This document shows, piece by piece, positions 1 to 10,811 of a stretch of 64,000 bases of DNA (position 1 is the first letter of the stretch; each line of letters begins with the position of its first letter). Origin of the DNA: Pseudomonadales bacterium (GTDB taxonomy: Bacteria > Pseudomonadota > Gammaproteobacteria > Pseudomonadales > GM7GCV1); the NCBI GenBank assembly GCA_965661125.1, contig CBFICI010000005.1:42305-106304 (forward strand). The letters run 5' to 3'. The translations under genes and the position numbers were made by a program. The notes beneath the pieces were generated by a model. The model worked only from the letters and a program-made list of their open reading frames with translations. It was not told where the DNA came from and searched no databases.

Positions 1-1
1 A

Positions 2-2011
2 CAGCTGGGAAAAAAACTGGCCGGCAATGCCGAGCGCTGTCTTAAGTCGAAGCGGGTATTGCAGCGCCGATACCCGGCCCGTTGGCTGGAAGAAACCCGT
101 TTGCTCGCGTCGCGCTGCCATTTCGATATGCAGATGTTGCGTTACCAGTATCCGTCCGAGCTGGTACCCACAGGTATGTCGCCGGGGCATTACTTGCGTC
201 AGCTCACACTGGAGGGGGCGCAATTGCGCTGGCCAGATGGCGTGCCGGGCCGGGTGGCCGATGCCATCGAGTACGAATTGAAGCTGATCGCCGAAATGCA
301 GTACGAATACTACTTTCTCACCGTGCACGACCTGGTGCGCTTTGCCCGCAGCCGCGACATTCTCTGCCAGGGCCGCGGGTCGGCGGCCAATTCGGTTGTC
401 TGTTACTGCCTGCAGGTTACCGAGGTATCGCCCGAGCTCATCAATATGCTGTTCGAGCGTTTTATTTCGAAAGAACGCGATGAGCCACCGGATATCGATA
501 TCGATTTCGAGCATCAGCGGCGCGAAGAGGTTATTCAATACATTTACCGCAAATACGGCCGCGAGCGCGCAGCTCTGGCGGCCACGGTAATTACCTACCG
601 CGCCCGCAGTGCGGTTCGCGATGTGGGTAAGGCCTTGGGTTTAGACCCCCTGATGGTGGACGAGCTGGCCAAGTCACTGGCCTGGTGGGATCGCTCGAAA
701 GAACTGCAAAAACGCATTGAAGAGGCCGGGTTGTCACCGGGCCAAAAGCTGATGCAGCAGTTTTACGAGCTGGTACATCAGATTCTGGGCTTTCCCCGCC
801 ATCTGTCCCAGCACGTGGGCGGTTTTATTATTACCCGCGGTCAGGTGAGCGAGCTGGTGCCAATCGAGAACGCCGCCATGCCCGAGCGAACCCTGATTCA
901 GTGGGACAAGGAGGATATCGAGGCCATGGGCCTGCTGAAGGTAGATGTATTGGCACTGGGCATGCTGTCGGCTATACGGCGTGCCCTGCAAATGGTGCAG
1001 CAGTATCAGCCGACCATAGCCGGGTTGGCGGATATTCCCAAGGAAGACCCGGCTACCTACGAAATGCTGTGCCAGGGCGACAGCGTGGGGGTGTTCCAGG
1101 TGGAGTCCCGCGCGCAGATGTCCATGTTGCCGCGGTTGCAACCGCGCTGCTTTTACGATCTGGTGATTGAAATTGCCATTGTGCGGCCGGGCCCAATTCA
1201 GGGCGATATGGTTCACCCTTACCTGCGCCGTCGCAACGGTCTGGAAAAGCCCAGCTATCCCAGCGATGAAATACGCGATGTGTTACAGCCCACCCTGGGA
1301 GTGCCCATATTCCAGGAACAGGCCATTCGCCTGGCCATGGTGGCAGCCGGTTTCAGTGGTGGTGAGGCCGACCAGCTGCGCCGGGCCATGGCCAGCTGGG
1401 GCAAGAACGGCAACCTGCTGAAATTCGAACAAAAGCTGGTTCAGGGCATGTTGGACCGGGGTTATAGCCGCCAGTACGCCGAGCAGGTGTTCAACCAGGT
1501 GAAGGGTTTTGGCGGTTACGGGTTTCCCGAGGCGCATTCGGCCAGCTTTGCGCTGCTGTGCTACTTCTCGTCCTGGCTTAAACGCCACCATCCGGCGGCT
1601 TTTTATTGCGCGCTGCTGAACAGCCAGCCCATGGGTTTTTATTCGCCCTCGCAGCTGGTGCAGGATGCGCAGCGTCACGGTATTGAGGTGCGACCGGTAG
1701 ATGTGCAGCAAAGCGATTGGGAAAACCGCCTGCAGTACCAGCAGGGCGACACACTGCCGCCGCAGGTGCTGAGGTTGGGGCTTGGCCGGGTGAAGGGGCT
1801 GTCGCAGGACGCCGGTCTAAGAATTGAGCAGGCCAGAACGCAGCGGCCTTTTGAGTCGGTTGACGATCTGGCTAGCCGCGCCAGGCTGAACCGGGGTGAT
1901 TTGCAGAAGCTGGCCTCGGCCGACGCGTTGCACAGTCTGGCGGGGCATCGCTACCAGGCGCGCTGGGAAGCGGCCGGTGTGGAACATGCGGGGGAGAAAA
2001 GGCTGCTTTAG
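2..2011 (+). CDS. dnaE2: Error-prone DNA polymerase III alpha subunit (DnaE2/ImuC); 5' end outside window, C-terminus appears truncated
   Basis: Frame is open from position 2. Motifs GRGSAANS, EPPDIDIDFEH, GFPRHLSQHVGGF, LKVDVLALGML, YGFPEAHSASFA, LNSQPMGFYSP. Ends at ...EKRLL* without the OB fold or terminal SRDF motif. Confidence 0.93.
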   Translation, partial: QLGKKLAGNAERCLKSKRVLQRRYPARWLEETRLLASRCHFDMQMLRYQYPSELVPTGMSPGHYLRQLTLEGAQLRWPDGVPGRVADAIEYELKLIAEMQYEYYFLTVHDLVRFARSRDILCQGRGSAANSVVCYCLQVTEVSPELINMLFERFISKERDEPPDIDIDFEHQRREEVIQYIYRKYGRERAALAATVITYRARSAVRDVGKALGLDPLMVDELAKSLAWWDRSKELQKRIEEAGLSPGQKLMQQFYELVHQILGFPRHLSQHVGGFIITRGQVSELVPIENAAMPERTLIQWDKEDIEAMGLLKVDVLALGMLSAIRRALQMVQQYQPTIAGLADIPKEDPATYEMLCQGDSVGVFQVESRAQMSMLPRLQPRCFYDLVIEIAIVRPGPIQGDMVHPYLRRRNGLEKPSYPSDEIRDVLQPTLGVPIFQEQAIRLAMVAAGFSGGEADQLRRAMASWGKNGNLLKFEQKLVQGMLDRGYSRQYAEQVFNQVKGFGGYGFPEAHSASFALLCYFSSWLKRHHPAAFYCALLNSQPMGFYSPSQLVQDAQRHGIEVRPVDVQQSDWENRLQYQQGDTLPPQVLRLGLGRVKGLSQDAGLRIEQARTQRPFESVDDLASRARLNRGDLQKLASADALHSLAGHRYQARWEAAGVEHAGEKRLL

Positions 2012-2081
2012 GGAGTTGGCGAGGCCTTGGCCGAGCCAAACAAACGACTCTGATGCCCATGAAGGGGGTGTCGGAGGCGTA

Positions 2082-2470
2082 GCCATCAGCATCTGACCCC
2101 TGACGGGGTCAGACACTTCCCCCTTGAGTCAGGCCACCAGCATCTGGGCACTTCCACCTTGGCAAAGTGTCAGACTCCCCGCGCAGCGGGGGTCTGATGC
2201 TGAAAAGGGTGTGGTCGGTTTAAGAGGTCTGGCCACCAGCATCTGACCCCTGGCGGGGTCAGACACTTCCACCCCTTGGGTAAGCCACCGGCATCTGGAC
2301 ACTTCCACCTTGGCAAAGTGTCAGACTCCCCGCGCAGCGGGGGTCTGATGCTGAAAAGGGTGTGGTCGGTTTGAGAGGTCTGGCCACCAGCATCTGACCC
2401 CTGACGGGGTCAGACACTTCCACCCTGGCTTTGGCCACCAGCATCTGACCCCTGACGGGGTCAGACACTT
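2082..2470. repeat. Mosaic array of REP-like hairpin repeats, locus 1
   Basis: Unit A (GCCACCAGCA-TCTGACCCC-N4-GGGGTCAGA-CACTTCC) at 2082, 2232, 2383, 2434. Hairpin-deleted A at 2133, 2284. Inverted variant B (AAGTGTCAGACTCCCCGCGCAGCGGGGGTCTGATGCTG) at 2165, 2316. Higher-order period ~150 bp. Confidence 0.95.
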
Positions 2471-2477
2471 GCGCCGA

Positions 2478-3500
2478 TCAATTGTGCTTGTGCAGCTCTT
2501 CGTTCAGCTCAATCTGGCTTTTGTTGGTGAGGCATTCAATGGCGCCGTTTTGCGAGTTGCGGCGGAACAGCAGGTCGTTACGACCGGCCAGCTGAGCGGC
2601 CTTGACTAGTTCAACCTCATTGCCGGATTCATCCAGCAGTTTTACCTTGGTACCGGCGGTGACATACAGCCCGGCCTCTACCGTGCAGCCGTCGCCCAGC
2701 GGGATGCCAATGCCTGCATTGGCGCCAATCAGGCAGTTTTCACCTACCGAGATAACCACATTGCCGCCACCTGACAGGGTGCCCATGGTGGAGCAACCGC
2801 CGCCCAGGTCGGAGCCTTTGCCAACAAATACGCCGGCAGAAATACGGCCCTCGATCATATTGGGGCCTTCGGTACCGGCGTTGAAGTTAACAAAACCCTC
2901 GTGCATTACCGTGGTGCCTTCACCCAAGTAGGCGCCAAGACGTACCCGCGAAGTGTCACCAATGCGAACGCCGGAGGGAATCACGTAGTCGGTCATGCGC
3001 GGGAACTTGTCAACGCAAAAAACCGACAGTACCCGCCCTTCCTGGCGCGCCTCAAGTTGCCGTTCCAACAATTCGTCGAGGTCAACGGCGCCTTCGGAAG
3101 TCCAGGCCACATTGGGAAGCACGCCAAAAACACCACTCAAATCGGTACCGTGGGGGCGCACCAGCCGATGCGAGAGCAGGTGAAGTTTCAGGTACGCGGC
3201 CGGCACATCCTGCGGCGCTTCGTCTTCGGCCAGAATACATATAACCGGTTGTTTGTCGCTATCGGTAAGGCTTCGAGCCAGGTTGGCTTGCTCGGTATAG
3301 CCTGCTTCGTCAAGTTGGTTGGCAAGAGCAAACAGCTGCGGGTCGGTGAGGCTGGAGGTTTGCTGGCCAACGGTAGATTTGACCGCCTCGACCAGCTTGT
3401 CATCCGGGTTTAGCAGCGGGTATGGGTACCAGATTTCGAGCCATTCGCCGCGGGTATTGAGGGTGCCCGAGCCAATGGCCAGGCTGTAGCAGTTCGACAT
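2478..3500 (-). CDS. dapD: Tetrahydrodipicolinate N-succinyltransferase (Pseudomonas/actinobacterial type)
   Basis: YLKLHLLSHRLVRPH, VDKFPRMTDYV, RVRLGAYLGEGTTVMHEGFVNFNAGT, LNEELHKHN. Confidence 0.95.
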   Translation of the reverse strand: MSNCYSLAIGSGTLNTRGEWLEIWYPYPLLNPDDKLVEAVKSTVGQQTSSLTDPQLFALANQLDEAGYTEQANLARSLTDSDKQPVICILAEDEAPQDVPAAYLKLHLLSHRLVRPHGTDLSGVFGVLPNVAWTSEGAVDLDELLERQLEARQEGRVLSVFCVDKFPRMTDYVIPSGVRIGDTSRVRLGAYLGEGTTVMHEGFVNFNAGTEGPNMIEGRISAGVFVGKGSDLGGGCSTMGTLSGGGNVVISVGENCLIGANAGIGIPLGDGCTVEAGLYVTAGTKVKLLDESGNEVELVKAAQLAGRNDLLFRRNSQNGAIECLTNKSQIELNEELHKHN

Positions 3501-3514
3501 GGGTATGCTCTTCC

Positions 3515-3859
3515 TTATGCGAAAATTTGTTTCCAGCTGTCGGCATTAAAACCCACGCTGGTGTGGTTGCCCCGTTCCAGCACGGGGCGTTTGATAAGTG
3601 CCGGGTGATCTACCAGCAATTGTTGCAGCTGCTGTTGGTCGGTAATTTGTTTCACCGATTCGTCCAGCTTACGCCAGGTTGTTCCGCGGCGGTTCAGTAG
3701 GTTGTCGATGCCAACCGCATCGCACCAACGCTGTACCTGATCCAATGTGAGGCCATCTTTGCGGAAATCAACAAACTGGTAGTCGATACCCTCTTGTTGC
3801 AGCCAGGTTTTCGCTTTGCGCACCGTGTCGCAGTTGGAAATGCCGTAAATACGGGTCAT
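3515..3859 (-). CDS. yffB: ArsC/Spx-family protein, YffB-like
   Basis: IYGISNCDTVRKA, LLNRRGTTWRKL, LIKRPVL; start adjusted to ATG at 3859. Confidence 0.85.
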   Translation of the reverse strand: MTRIYGISNCDTVRKAKTWLQQEGIDYQFVDFRKDGLTLDQVQRWCDAVGIDNLLNRRGTTWRKLDESVKQITDQQQLQQLLVDHPALIKRPVLERGNHTSVGFNADSWKQIFA

Positions 3860-3878
3860 GAATAGTGTCTCGCGGTAT

Positions 3879-5742
3879 TCAGAAAACACCCAGGCTACAA
3901 CTGCTACATATCAGGTAGCGGTAGCCCGGGTCGTTCAGCAGGCTGTTTAGCTGCAAGCTGGCTTCATCCAGGCCCAGTAGTTGCAGCATGGTTTGCAGCT
4001 GGTTCGCGTTCAGCCCGGGTAGCAGGGTTTTGGCGCTACCGCCGATCAGCCGGGCCAGCTCTTCGCGCCAGGTAAGTGGGCGATCTACCGGTACCAGGCG
4101 GTAATTGTCCGGGTTTCCGGCTAGCGCTGCAGCTGATGCGACAGCCTGGTTGAGCCCGCCCAATCGGTCGACCAGACCCATATCGAAAGCCTGCTGGCCT
4201 GTCCACACGCGGCCCTCGGCATACTGTTGCAACTGCCCCGGCTCGATTCCGCGGGCGTCGCTGACCAGCTGAACAAACTGGTTGTACAGGTGTTCCAGAT
4301 TGCTTTGCAGAATGGTGGACGCCTGTTCGGACAGAGCGCGGTCCAGCTGCAGCGCGCCGGCCAATGGACCGGTTGCTACCCCGTCAGAGCTGATTCCCAG
4401 GGCCGCAAGACTGTCCTCGAATGTGGGAACAGCCGAAAAAGCGCCGATACTGCCCGTGAGCGTGGTGGGCAGTGCCCAGATTTCGTCGGCCGGCATGGAT
4501 ATCCAGTAGCCGCCGGATGCAGCGGTTGAACTCATGGACACCACGATGGGTATGCCCATTTCTCCAACCAGCTGTAGTTCACGCCGGATTAGCTCGGACG
4601 CAAATGCGCTTCCGCCCGGGCTGTCGACTCGCAGCACCAGGGCATCAATGTCGCGGTCTTCGCGAATGCCCCGAAGCTGCAGTGACAGGCTGTCGCCACC
4701 GATGCTGCCGGCTGGCTGGCGACCATCCATGATGACGCCGGTTGCGGTAACCAGCCCAATACGCAGGGCTTCTTCATCGCGCTCGCCGCGCAGGTACTCG
4801 AGGTAGGGCTGATAATTGATGTTGGCATAGAAGAGGGACGATTCCTCTTCTGCACCGATAGCCTCGACCATGGCGGCCAGGCTTTCATCGCGTGGCAGCA
4901 ACTGGTCAACCAGGCCAGTTTGCAGCGCAATTTGAGCGGCGTCGCCGCCGGACTCCAGCATCAGGCGGTCGAGCTCGTTGGTATAGGCGTCGAACACGGC
5001 AGGTTCCAGCCCGGAGCGGTTCCGCAAAATAATTGAGCGCCAGCTTTGCCAGATATCACTGAGCCAGGTTTCGGTTTGCTGCCGCGACGCCTCACTCATC
5101 TGGTTGTCGATAAAGGGTTCCAGGGCGTCTTTGTAATCGCTGGTGCGGAATACGTGAAAATTGACCTTCAGTTTTTCAAGCGCTTCGCCGTAATAGCTTC
5201 GATAGGTTGCCAGTCCGCGCAAGTCAACCACGCCCATCGGGTTAAGGTAAATTTCGTCGGCGTAGCTGGCCAGCAAATAGGCCGGCTGGCTGTAGTAGTC
5301 GGCGCTGGCAAAGACTGGCTTGCCGGCTTCGCGAAAGGTGCGAAGCGCTTCGCCAACTTCGGTTATTTTGCTGGAGCCGCCGCCGGCGAATCCGTGCAGC
5401 AGTAACACGATATGGCTAATGCGCTCGTCTTCTGATGCCCCTTCGATGGCACGCACCAGCTGGCGAACCGAGTGCTCCCGGGGCCCCTGGTCGTCAATCA
5501 GCAGGTTCAGCGGGTCCTGGTAACTGAGTTCGTCCACCAGTAGGCCCTGCAGGTCGATTCGCATGGCTCCGGGTTCGGGCACGGTCTCGCTGGTGGCAGA
5601 GAACCCGCGCGCCAGAATGGCAACCCAGGCTACCAGACCCAGCAGCAGAATCAGGGTGATCAGTGCGCGCACGACCTTGCCCAGCACCGAGAATATTTTG
5701 CCCAGCCCGCTGAAAAAGGCTTTCAGGCTGGAGAGATTGGAA

Positions 5743-5750
<8 letters not shown>
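3879..5750 (-). CDS. sppA: Signal peptide peptidase SppA (protease IV, long form)
   Basis: N-terminal TM; LRVDSPGGSAFASE, SMSSTAASGGYWIS, TLTGSIG, AEGRVWTG; start adjusted to ATG at 5750. Confidence 0.92.
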
Positions 5751-7075
<1,325 letters not shown>

Positions 7076-7285
7076 TAAAATGCAGTCCTTTCGAAGGCGA
7101 ATTGGCAGGAGTCCGCGATTTTAGTGTTTTCGCGGCGGGGCATGAACCCCGATTGGGTTGCAAGGCTGCAATAATACCTTGCCCGGGGCGGCTTGACTGA
7201 ATAATGAATTATTGCCCCAATAAAATTGAGTTTGCGGTCGCATGCGGCCGGCAAAAACAGATAAACGGTAGAAGCGAGATAGTCC

Positions 7286-7750
7286 ATGAGCGCAAAAAGT
7301 GTTTTCCGCCCGGCGATGGGCCTGTTGGCCGCCCTGACACTTGCATCCTGCAGTGAATCCGGATTCCCGGTGGCCGATGGCGGCTTCGTCGACCCAGCTA
7401 CCGACGAGCGGGTTGTATTCCTGAATTACTGGGCGGTCTGGTGTGCGCCCTGCATCGCCGAATTGCCCGAACTGTGGGAGTTTCACAACAGTCACCGGGA
7501 GCGCGCCGTGGTGTACGCGGTAAATTTTGACCGCCCCCCTGCAGACGAATTAATGGAAGACATCGAAGCGCTGAATGTGCGTATCCCCGCGTTGGTGGAA
7601 GATCCCCAGGAAGCGCTGGGATATCCGCGCCCGCAGGTGCTGCCTACCACTTATGTACTGAAACAGGGCGAATTGCTGCACACCCTGGTTGGGCCGCAAA
7701 CAGGCGAAACCCTGTTGCAGGTACTCGAACAGGTGGAACAGGCGCAGTGA
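7286..7750 (+). CDS. TlpA-family thiol:disulfide oxidoreductase, probable lipoprotein
   Basis: LNYWAVWCAPCIAELP, LPTT cis-Pro loop, lipobox-like LASC. Confidence 0.88.
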   Translation: MSAKSVFRPAMGLLAALTLASCSESGFPVADGGFVDPATDERVVFLNYWAVWCAPCIAELPELWEFHNSHRERAVVYAVNFDRPPADELMEDIEALNVRIPALVEDPQEALGYPRPQVLPTTYVLKQGELLHTLVGPQTGETLLQVLEQVEQAQ

Positions 7751-8025
7751 TTCAATTGGTGTCAGGCCGTGTGCAAGGTCAGGTTCAGGGTGTCGGGTTT
7801 CGAGCCCATGTAAAGCAAGCAGCGGTTCGCCTTGGGGTATCGGGTTATGCGCTTAACCTGCCCGACGGCCAGGTTGAGGTATTGCTTTGCGGACCGCGCG
7901 AATCGGTTGAGCAGGTGCAGCAAAGCGTTAGCCAGGGGCCGCACGGCGCCAGGGTAGACAATATTGGCTGGCAAACACTGGATCCCTCGACCGCGGGCCA
8001 GGTTGAAGGGTTTCGCATTGGCTGA
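7747..8025 (+). CDS. acyP: Acylphosphatase
   Basis: GQVQGVGFR, GYALNLPDGQVEV, GP..ARV. Confidence 0.92.
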   Translation: MIQLVSGRVQGQVQGVGFRAHVKQAAVRLGVSGYALNLPDGQVEVLLCGPRESVEQVQQSVSQGPHGARVDNIGWQTLDPSTAGQVEGFRIG

Positions 8026-8656
8026 TCCGCTTCTGAATATTGCCGGCTTGAACTGCGAGCGCGGAGGCGACCCGGTGGTGGTCAATATGTCGCTGCAGCT
8101 TCACCCGGGCGAGATACTGCATCTTGCCGGGCCCAACGGCGCCGGGAAAACTACCCTGATGCGGGCTCTTTGCGGTTTGCTCTACGCTGACTATTCGCGT
8201 CTTGAGTGGAATGGCATGCAGGTGAGTTCGGCGCTTGAATATGCAGATGAGCTGCTCTATATCGGCCATCGCTCTTCAGTGCGCGACCGATTGACGGTGC
8301 ACGAGAATCTGCAGTGGCTGGCAAGTTTGAATCCTGCCGCCAGCCTGGAATTGCTGCCCGACCTGTTGCAACAAATCAAACTGGCCGGATACGAAGATGA
8401 GCTGGCCAGTAGCCTTTCTGCCGGGCAAAAAAGGCGGGTTGCACTTGCGCGCCTGCAGTTTTCTCCGGCCCTGTTGTGGGTGCTCGACGAACCCTTCGCG
8501 TCGCTTGACGTAGAGGGAGTGGAGTTGCTTCAACAGTGGATTACCCGCTTTGTAAATGAAGGCGGCTCGGTGCTTTATTCCACCCACCAACGGGTGGATT
8601 TCCCGGGCTGCCACTACCGGCGCATTGACATGCAAGTACAGGGCGAGGCGGCCTGA
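8018..8656 (+). CDS. ccmA: Heme export ABC ATPase CcmA
   Basis: Walker A GPNGAGKTT, LSAGQKRRVALARL, LWVLDEPF; probable TTG start at 8018. Confidence 0.92.
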   Translation: MADPLLNIAGLNCERGGDPVVVNMSLQLHPGEILHLAGPNGAGKTTLMRALCGLLYADYSRLEWNGMQVSSALEYADELLYIGHRSSVRDRLTVHENLQWLASLNPAASLELLPDLLQQIKLAGYEDELASSLSAGQKRRVALARLQFSPALLWVLDEPFASLDVEGVELLQQWITRFVNEGGSVLYSTHQRVDFPGCHYRRIDMQVQGEAA

Positions 8657-9318
8657 TGTTGGCAGCGTTGCAAACCGAATTGCTGCTGGCGTTTCGCAAA
8701 CGCTCGGAACTGGCCAACCCGGTGGTCTTCTTTATTATTGTCTGTGCGCTGTTTCCCCTGGCGCTGGGCTCTCGCGCCGAGTTGCTGTCGCCGCTTGCCA
8801 GTGGTGCCATCTGGGTGGCAGCCTTGCTGGCCACGCTGATGTCGCTGGACCAGATGTTCCGTGAGGATTTTGATCAGGGAGTGCTGGAACAGATGGAACT
8901 CTCTGCGGTGCCTTTTTACCAGCAGGTTGCGGCGAAGATTTTTGCCCATTGGGTGATGACCGGTTTGCCCCTGGTGCTGCTGTCACCGCTGCTGGCGCTG
9001 ATGCTGTTTATGCCAGCCGAATCTTACCCGGTTCTGCTTGTTAGTCTGTTGTTAGGCACGCCGGTACTTAGCCTGATTGGTGCGGTGGGTGCCTCGCTCA
9101 CGGTGAGTGTGCGTCGCGGCAGCGTGGTGCTGTCGCTTCTGGTAGTGCCCCTGTACATCCCGGTGCTGATTTTTGGATCGACCGCGCCGCAGATGGCAGC
9201 CGAAGGCATATTGCCGCTGGGCCAGCTGTTGTGGTTAGCCGCCATGCTGGTATTGTTCGCCACCCTGGCTCCGTTGGCCGCGGCTTATGCGCTGCGGGTA
9301 AACATGTTGGGCAGCTAA
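8656..9318 (+). CDS. ccmB: Heme exporter permease CcmB
   Basis: WVAALLATL, F.EDF.QG.LE, PLYIPVLIFG. Confidence 0.94.
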   Translation: MLAALQTELLLAFRKRSELANPVVFFIIVCALFPLALGSRAELLSPLASGAIWVAALLATLMSLDQMFREDFDQGVLEQMELSAVPFYQQVAAKIFAHWVMTGLPLVLLSPLLALMLFMPAESYPVLLVSLLLGTPVLSLIGAVGASLTVSVRRGSVVLSLLVVPLYIPVLIFGSTAPQMAAEGILPLGQLLWLAAMLVLFATLAPLAAAYALRVNMLGS

Positions 9319-9351
9319 TTTGTCCGGGAATTGGAGAAAAGAGAGCGCAAT

Positions 9352-10101
9352 TTGAACTGGTCCTGGTTTCATAAATGGGCATCGCCCAAATGGTTTTTTC
9401 GACGTGCCGGGTCGATGTTGCCCTGGTTTGGTTGGGCCAGCCTGCTGCTGCTTGTAGTTGGCACCGTCTGGGGCTTGGCATTTGCGCCGTCCGACTTTCG
9501 TCAGGGCAATTCCTTCCGTATTTTCTACATTCACGTGCCTTCTGCCATTCTGGCCCAGAGTGTCTTCATGATGATGGCTGTGGCTGCGGTGGTGGGGCTG
9601 GTATGGCGCATGAAGCTGGCGTTTATGTTTATACGCGTGGCGGCGCCAATAGGGGCCAGCATTACTTTTCTTGCGCTCTTTACCGGGGCGGTGTGGGGCA
9701 AGCCAACCTGGGGCACCTGGTGGGTTTGGGATGCGCGTCTCACCTCTACCCTGATCCAGTTTTTTATCTACCTGGCCATCATCGGGCTGTTTGAAGCCAT
9801 CGAGAACATGGAAACTGCAGCGCGCACCGCCGCCGTGGCCTGTATCGTGGGTGTGGTTAACCTGCCCATTATCAAGTTCTCGGTGAACTGGTGGAACACC
9901 CTGCACCAACCGGCTACCTTCAAATTGACCGAGCCGCCCAGCATGGCAACCGAAATGTGGTTGCCGGGGCTGGTGATGTTGCTGGGCTTTTATAGCCTGT
10001 TTGCCACCCTGGTGTTGATGCGTATGCGCAATGGCATTCTGCTGCAGGAGCGACGAACCAACTGGGTGCGCGAATACCTGGAGAAGCAGCGTGTACTTTG
10101 A
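9352..10101 (+). CDS. ccmC: Heme exporter CcmC
   Basis: WWD motif WGKPTWGTWWVWDARLT, IYIHVP-like, WWNTLHQ; probable TTG start giving MNWSWFHK. Confidence 0.95.
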   Translation: MNWSWFHKWASPKWFFRRAGSMLPWFGWASLLLLVVGTVWGLAFAPSDFRQGNSFRIFYIHVPSAILAQSVFMMMAVAAVVGLVWRMKLAFMFIRVAAPIGASITFLALFTGAVWGKPTWGTWWVWDARLTSTLIQFFIYLAIIGLFEAIENMETAARTAAVACIVGVVNLPIIKFSVNWWNTLHQPATFKLTEPPSMATEMWLPGLVMLLGFYSLFATLVLMRMRNGILLQERRTNWVREYLEKQRVL

Positions 10102-10300
10102 CTCTCTGGCTGGTTTTATCGACATGGAGGGTCATGGCCTGTATGTGTGGCTGGCCTATGGCGTTTTCCTGATGGTAATCCTATGGAACCTGGCTGTTCC
10201 GGTGATTGAGCGCTCGCAGGTGTTAAAATCTGTGCGTCGGCATTGGCGGCGGGTTCAGCTTCAGAATGAGCAAAGCGGCGCGCCGAGCGGCGACGATTGA
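10091..10300 (+). CDS. ccmD: Heme exporter protein CcmD
   Basis: GTG start, MYFDSLAGFIDMEGHGLYVWLAYG, TM segment followed by basic tail; lies between ccmC and ccmE. Confidence 0.88.
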   Translation: MYFDSLAGFIDMEGHGLYVWLAYGVFLMVILWNLAVPVIERSQVLKSVRRHWRRVQLQNEQSGAPSGDD

Positions 10301-10351
10301 ACGATAGCTGGCCAGCGTGCATAGCGCTGGTGCATTCGAGGTATTTAGACA

Positions 10352-10804
10352 TTGCGAAAAATTCGTAAACGACGGCTGCAACTGGTCATTTTGCTTCTGG
10401 TGGGTGTAGGTGCAACCACGGCGATTGCCCTGACAGCGTTGCAGCAGAACATCAACCTTTTTTACAGCCCGGCGCAAATTGTTGCCGGTGAGGTTCAGCC
10501 CGGCGAGCGCTTGCGCGCAGGCGGTATGGTTGTGCCCGGTACTGTGACACGCGATTCCGACAGTCTGGCGGTTCGCTTTGATGTAACCGACTACCAGGGG
10601 CAGGTGACTATCGAATACACCGGTATTCTTCCCGACCTGTTCGAAGAAGGGCAGGGCATTGTGGCGGTGGGTCGTTTACAGTCGGCCGGTTTGGTTGTGG
10701 CTGATGAAGTGCTCGCCAAGCACGACGAGGAGTATATGCCGCCTGAAGTGGCGCGAGCGCTGGAAGCGGCCGAAGAAGCAATGCGGACTTTGGAGGCCGA
10801 GTAG
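10352..10804 (+). CDS. ccmE: Heme chaperone CcmE
   Basis: [39 protein letters not shown]; TTG start. Confidence 0.95.
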   Translation: MRKIRKRRLQLVILLLVGVGATTAIALTALQQNINLFYSPAQIVAGEVQPGERLRAGGMVVPGTVTRDSDSLAVRFDVTDYQGQVTIEYTGILPDLFEEGQGIVAVGRLQSAGLVVADEVLAKHDEEYMPPEVARALEAAEEAMRTLEAE

Positions 10805-10811
10805 GCATAGT

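Noticed and set aside
2259-2468. Repeat-peptide ORFs (EVSDPVRGQML), also 1817-2116, 10676-10951 and 10906-11190
   Set aside because: Translations of the DNA repeat; frames shift between units and some overlap real genes antisense.
2082-2470. CRISPR array
   Set aside because: Linkers are short, unequal and repeated, units occur in both orientations, and there are no cas genes or leader.
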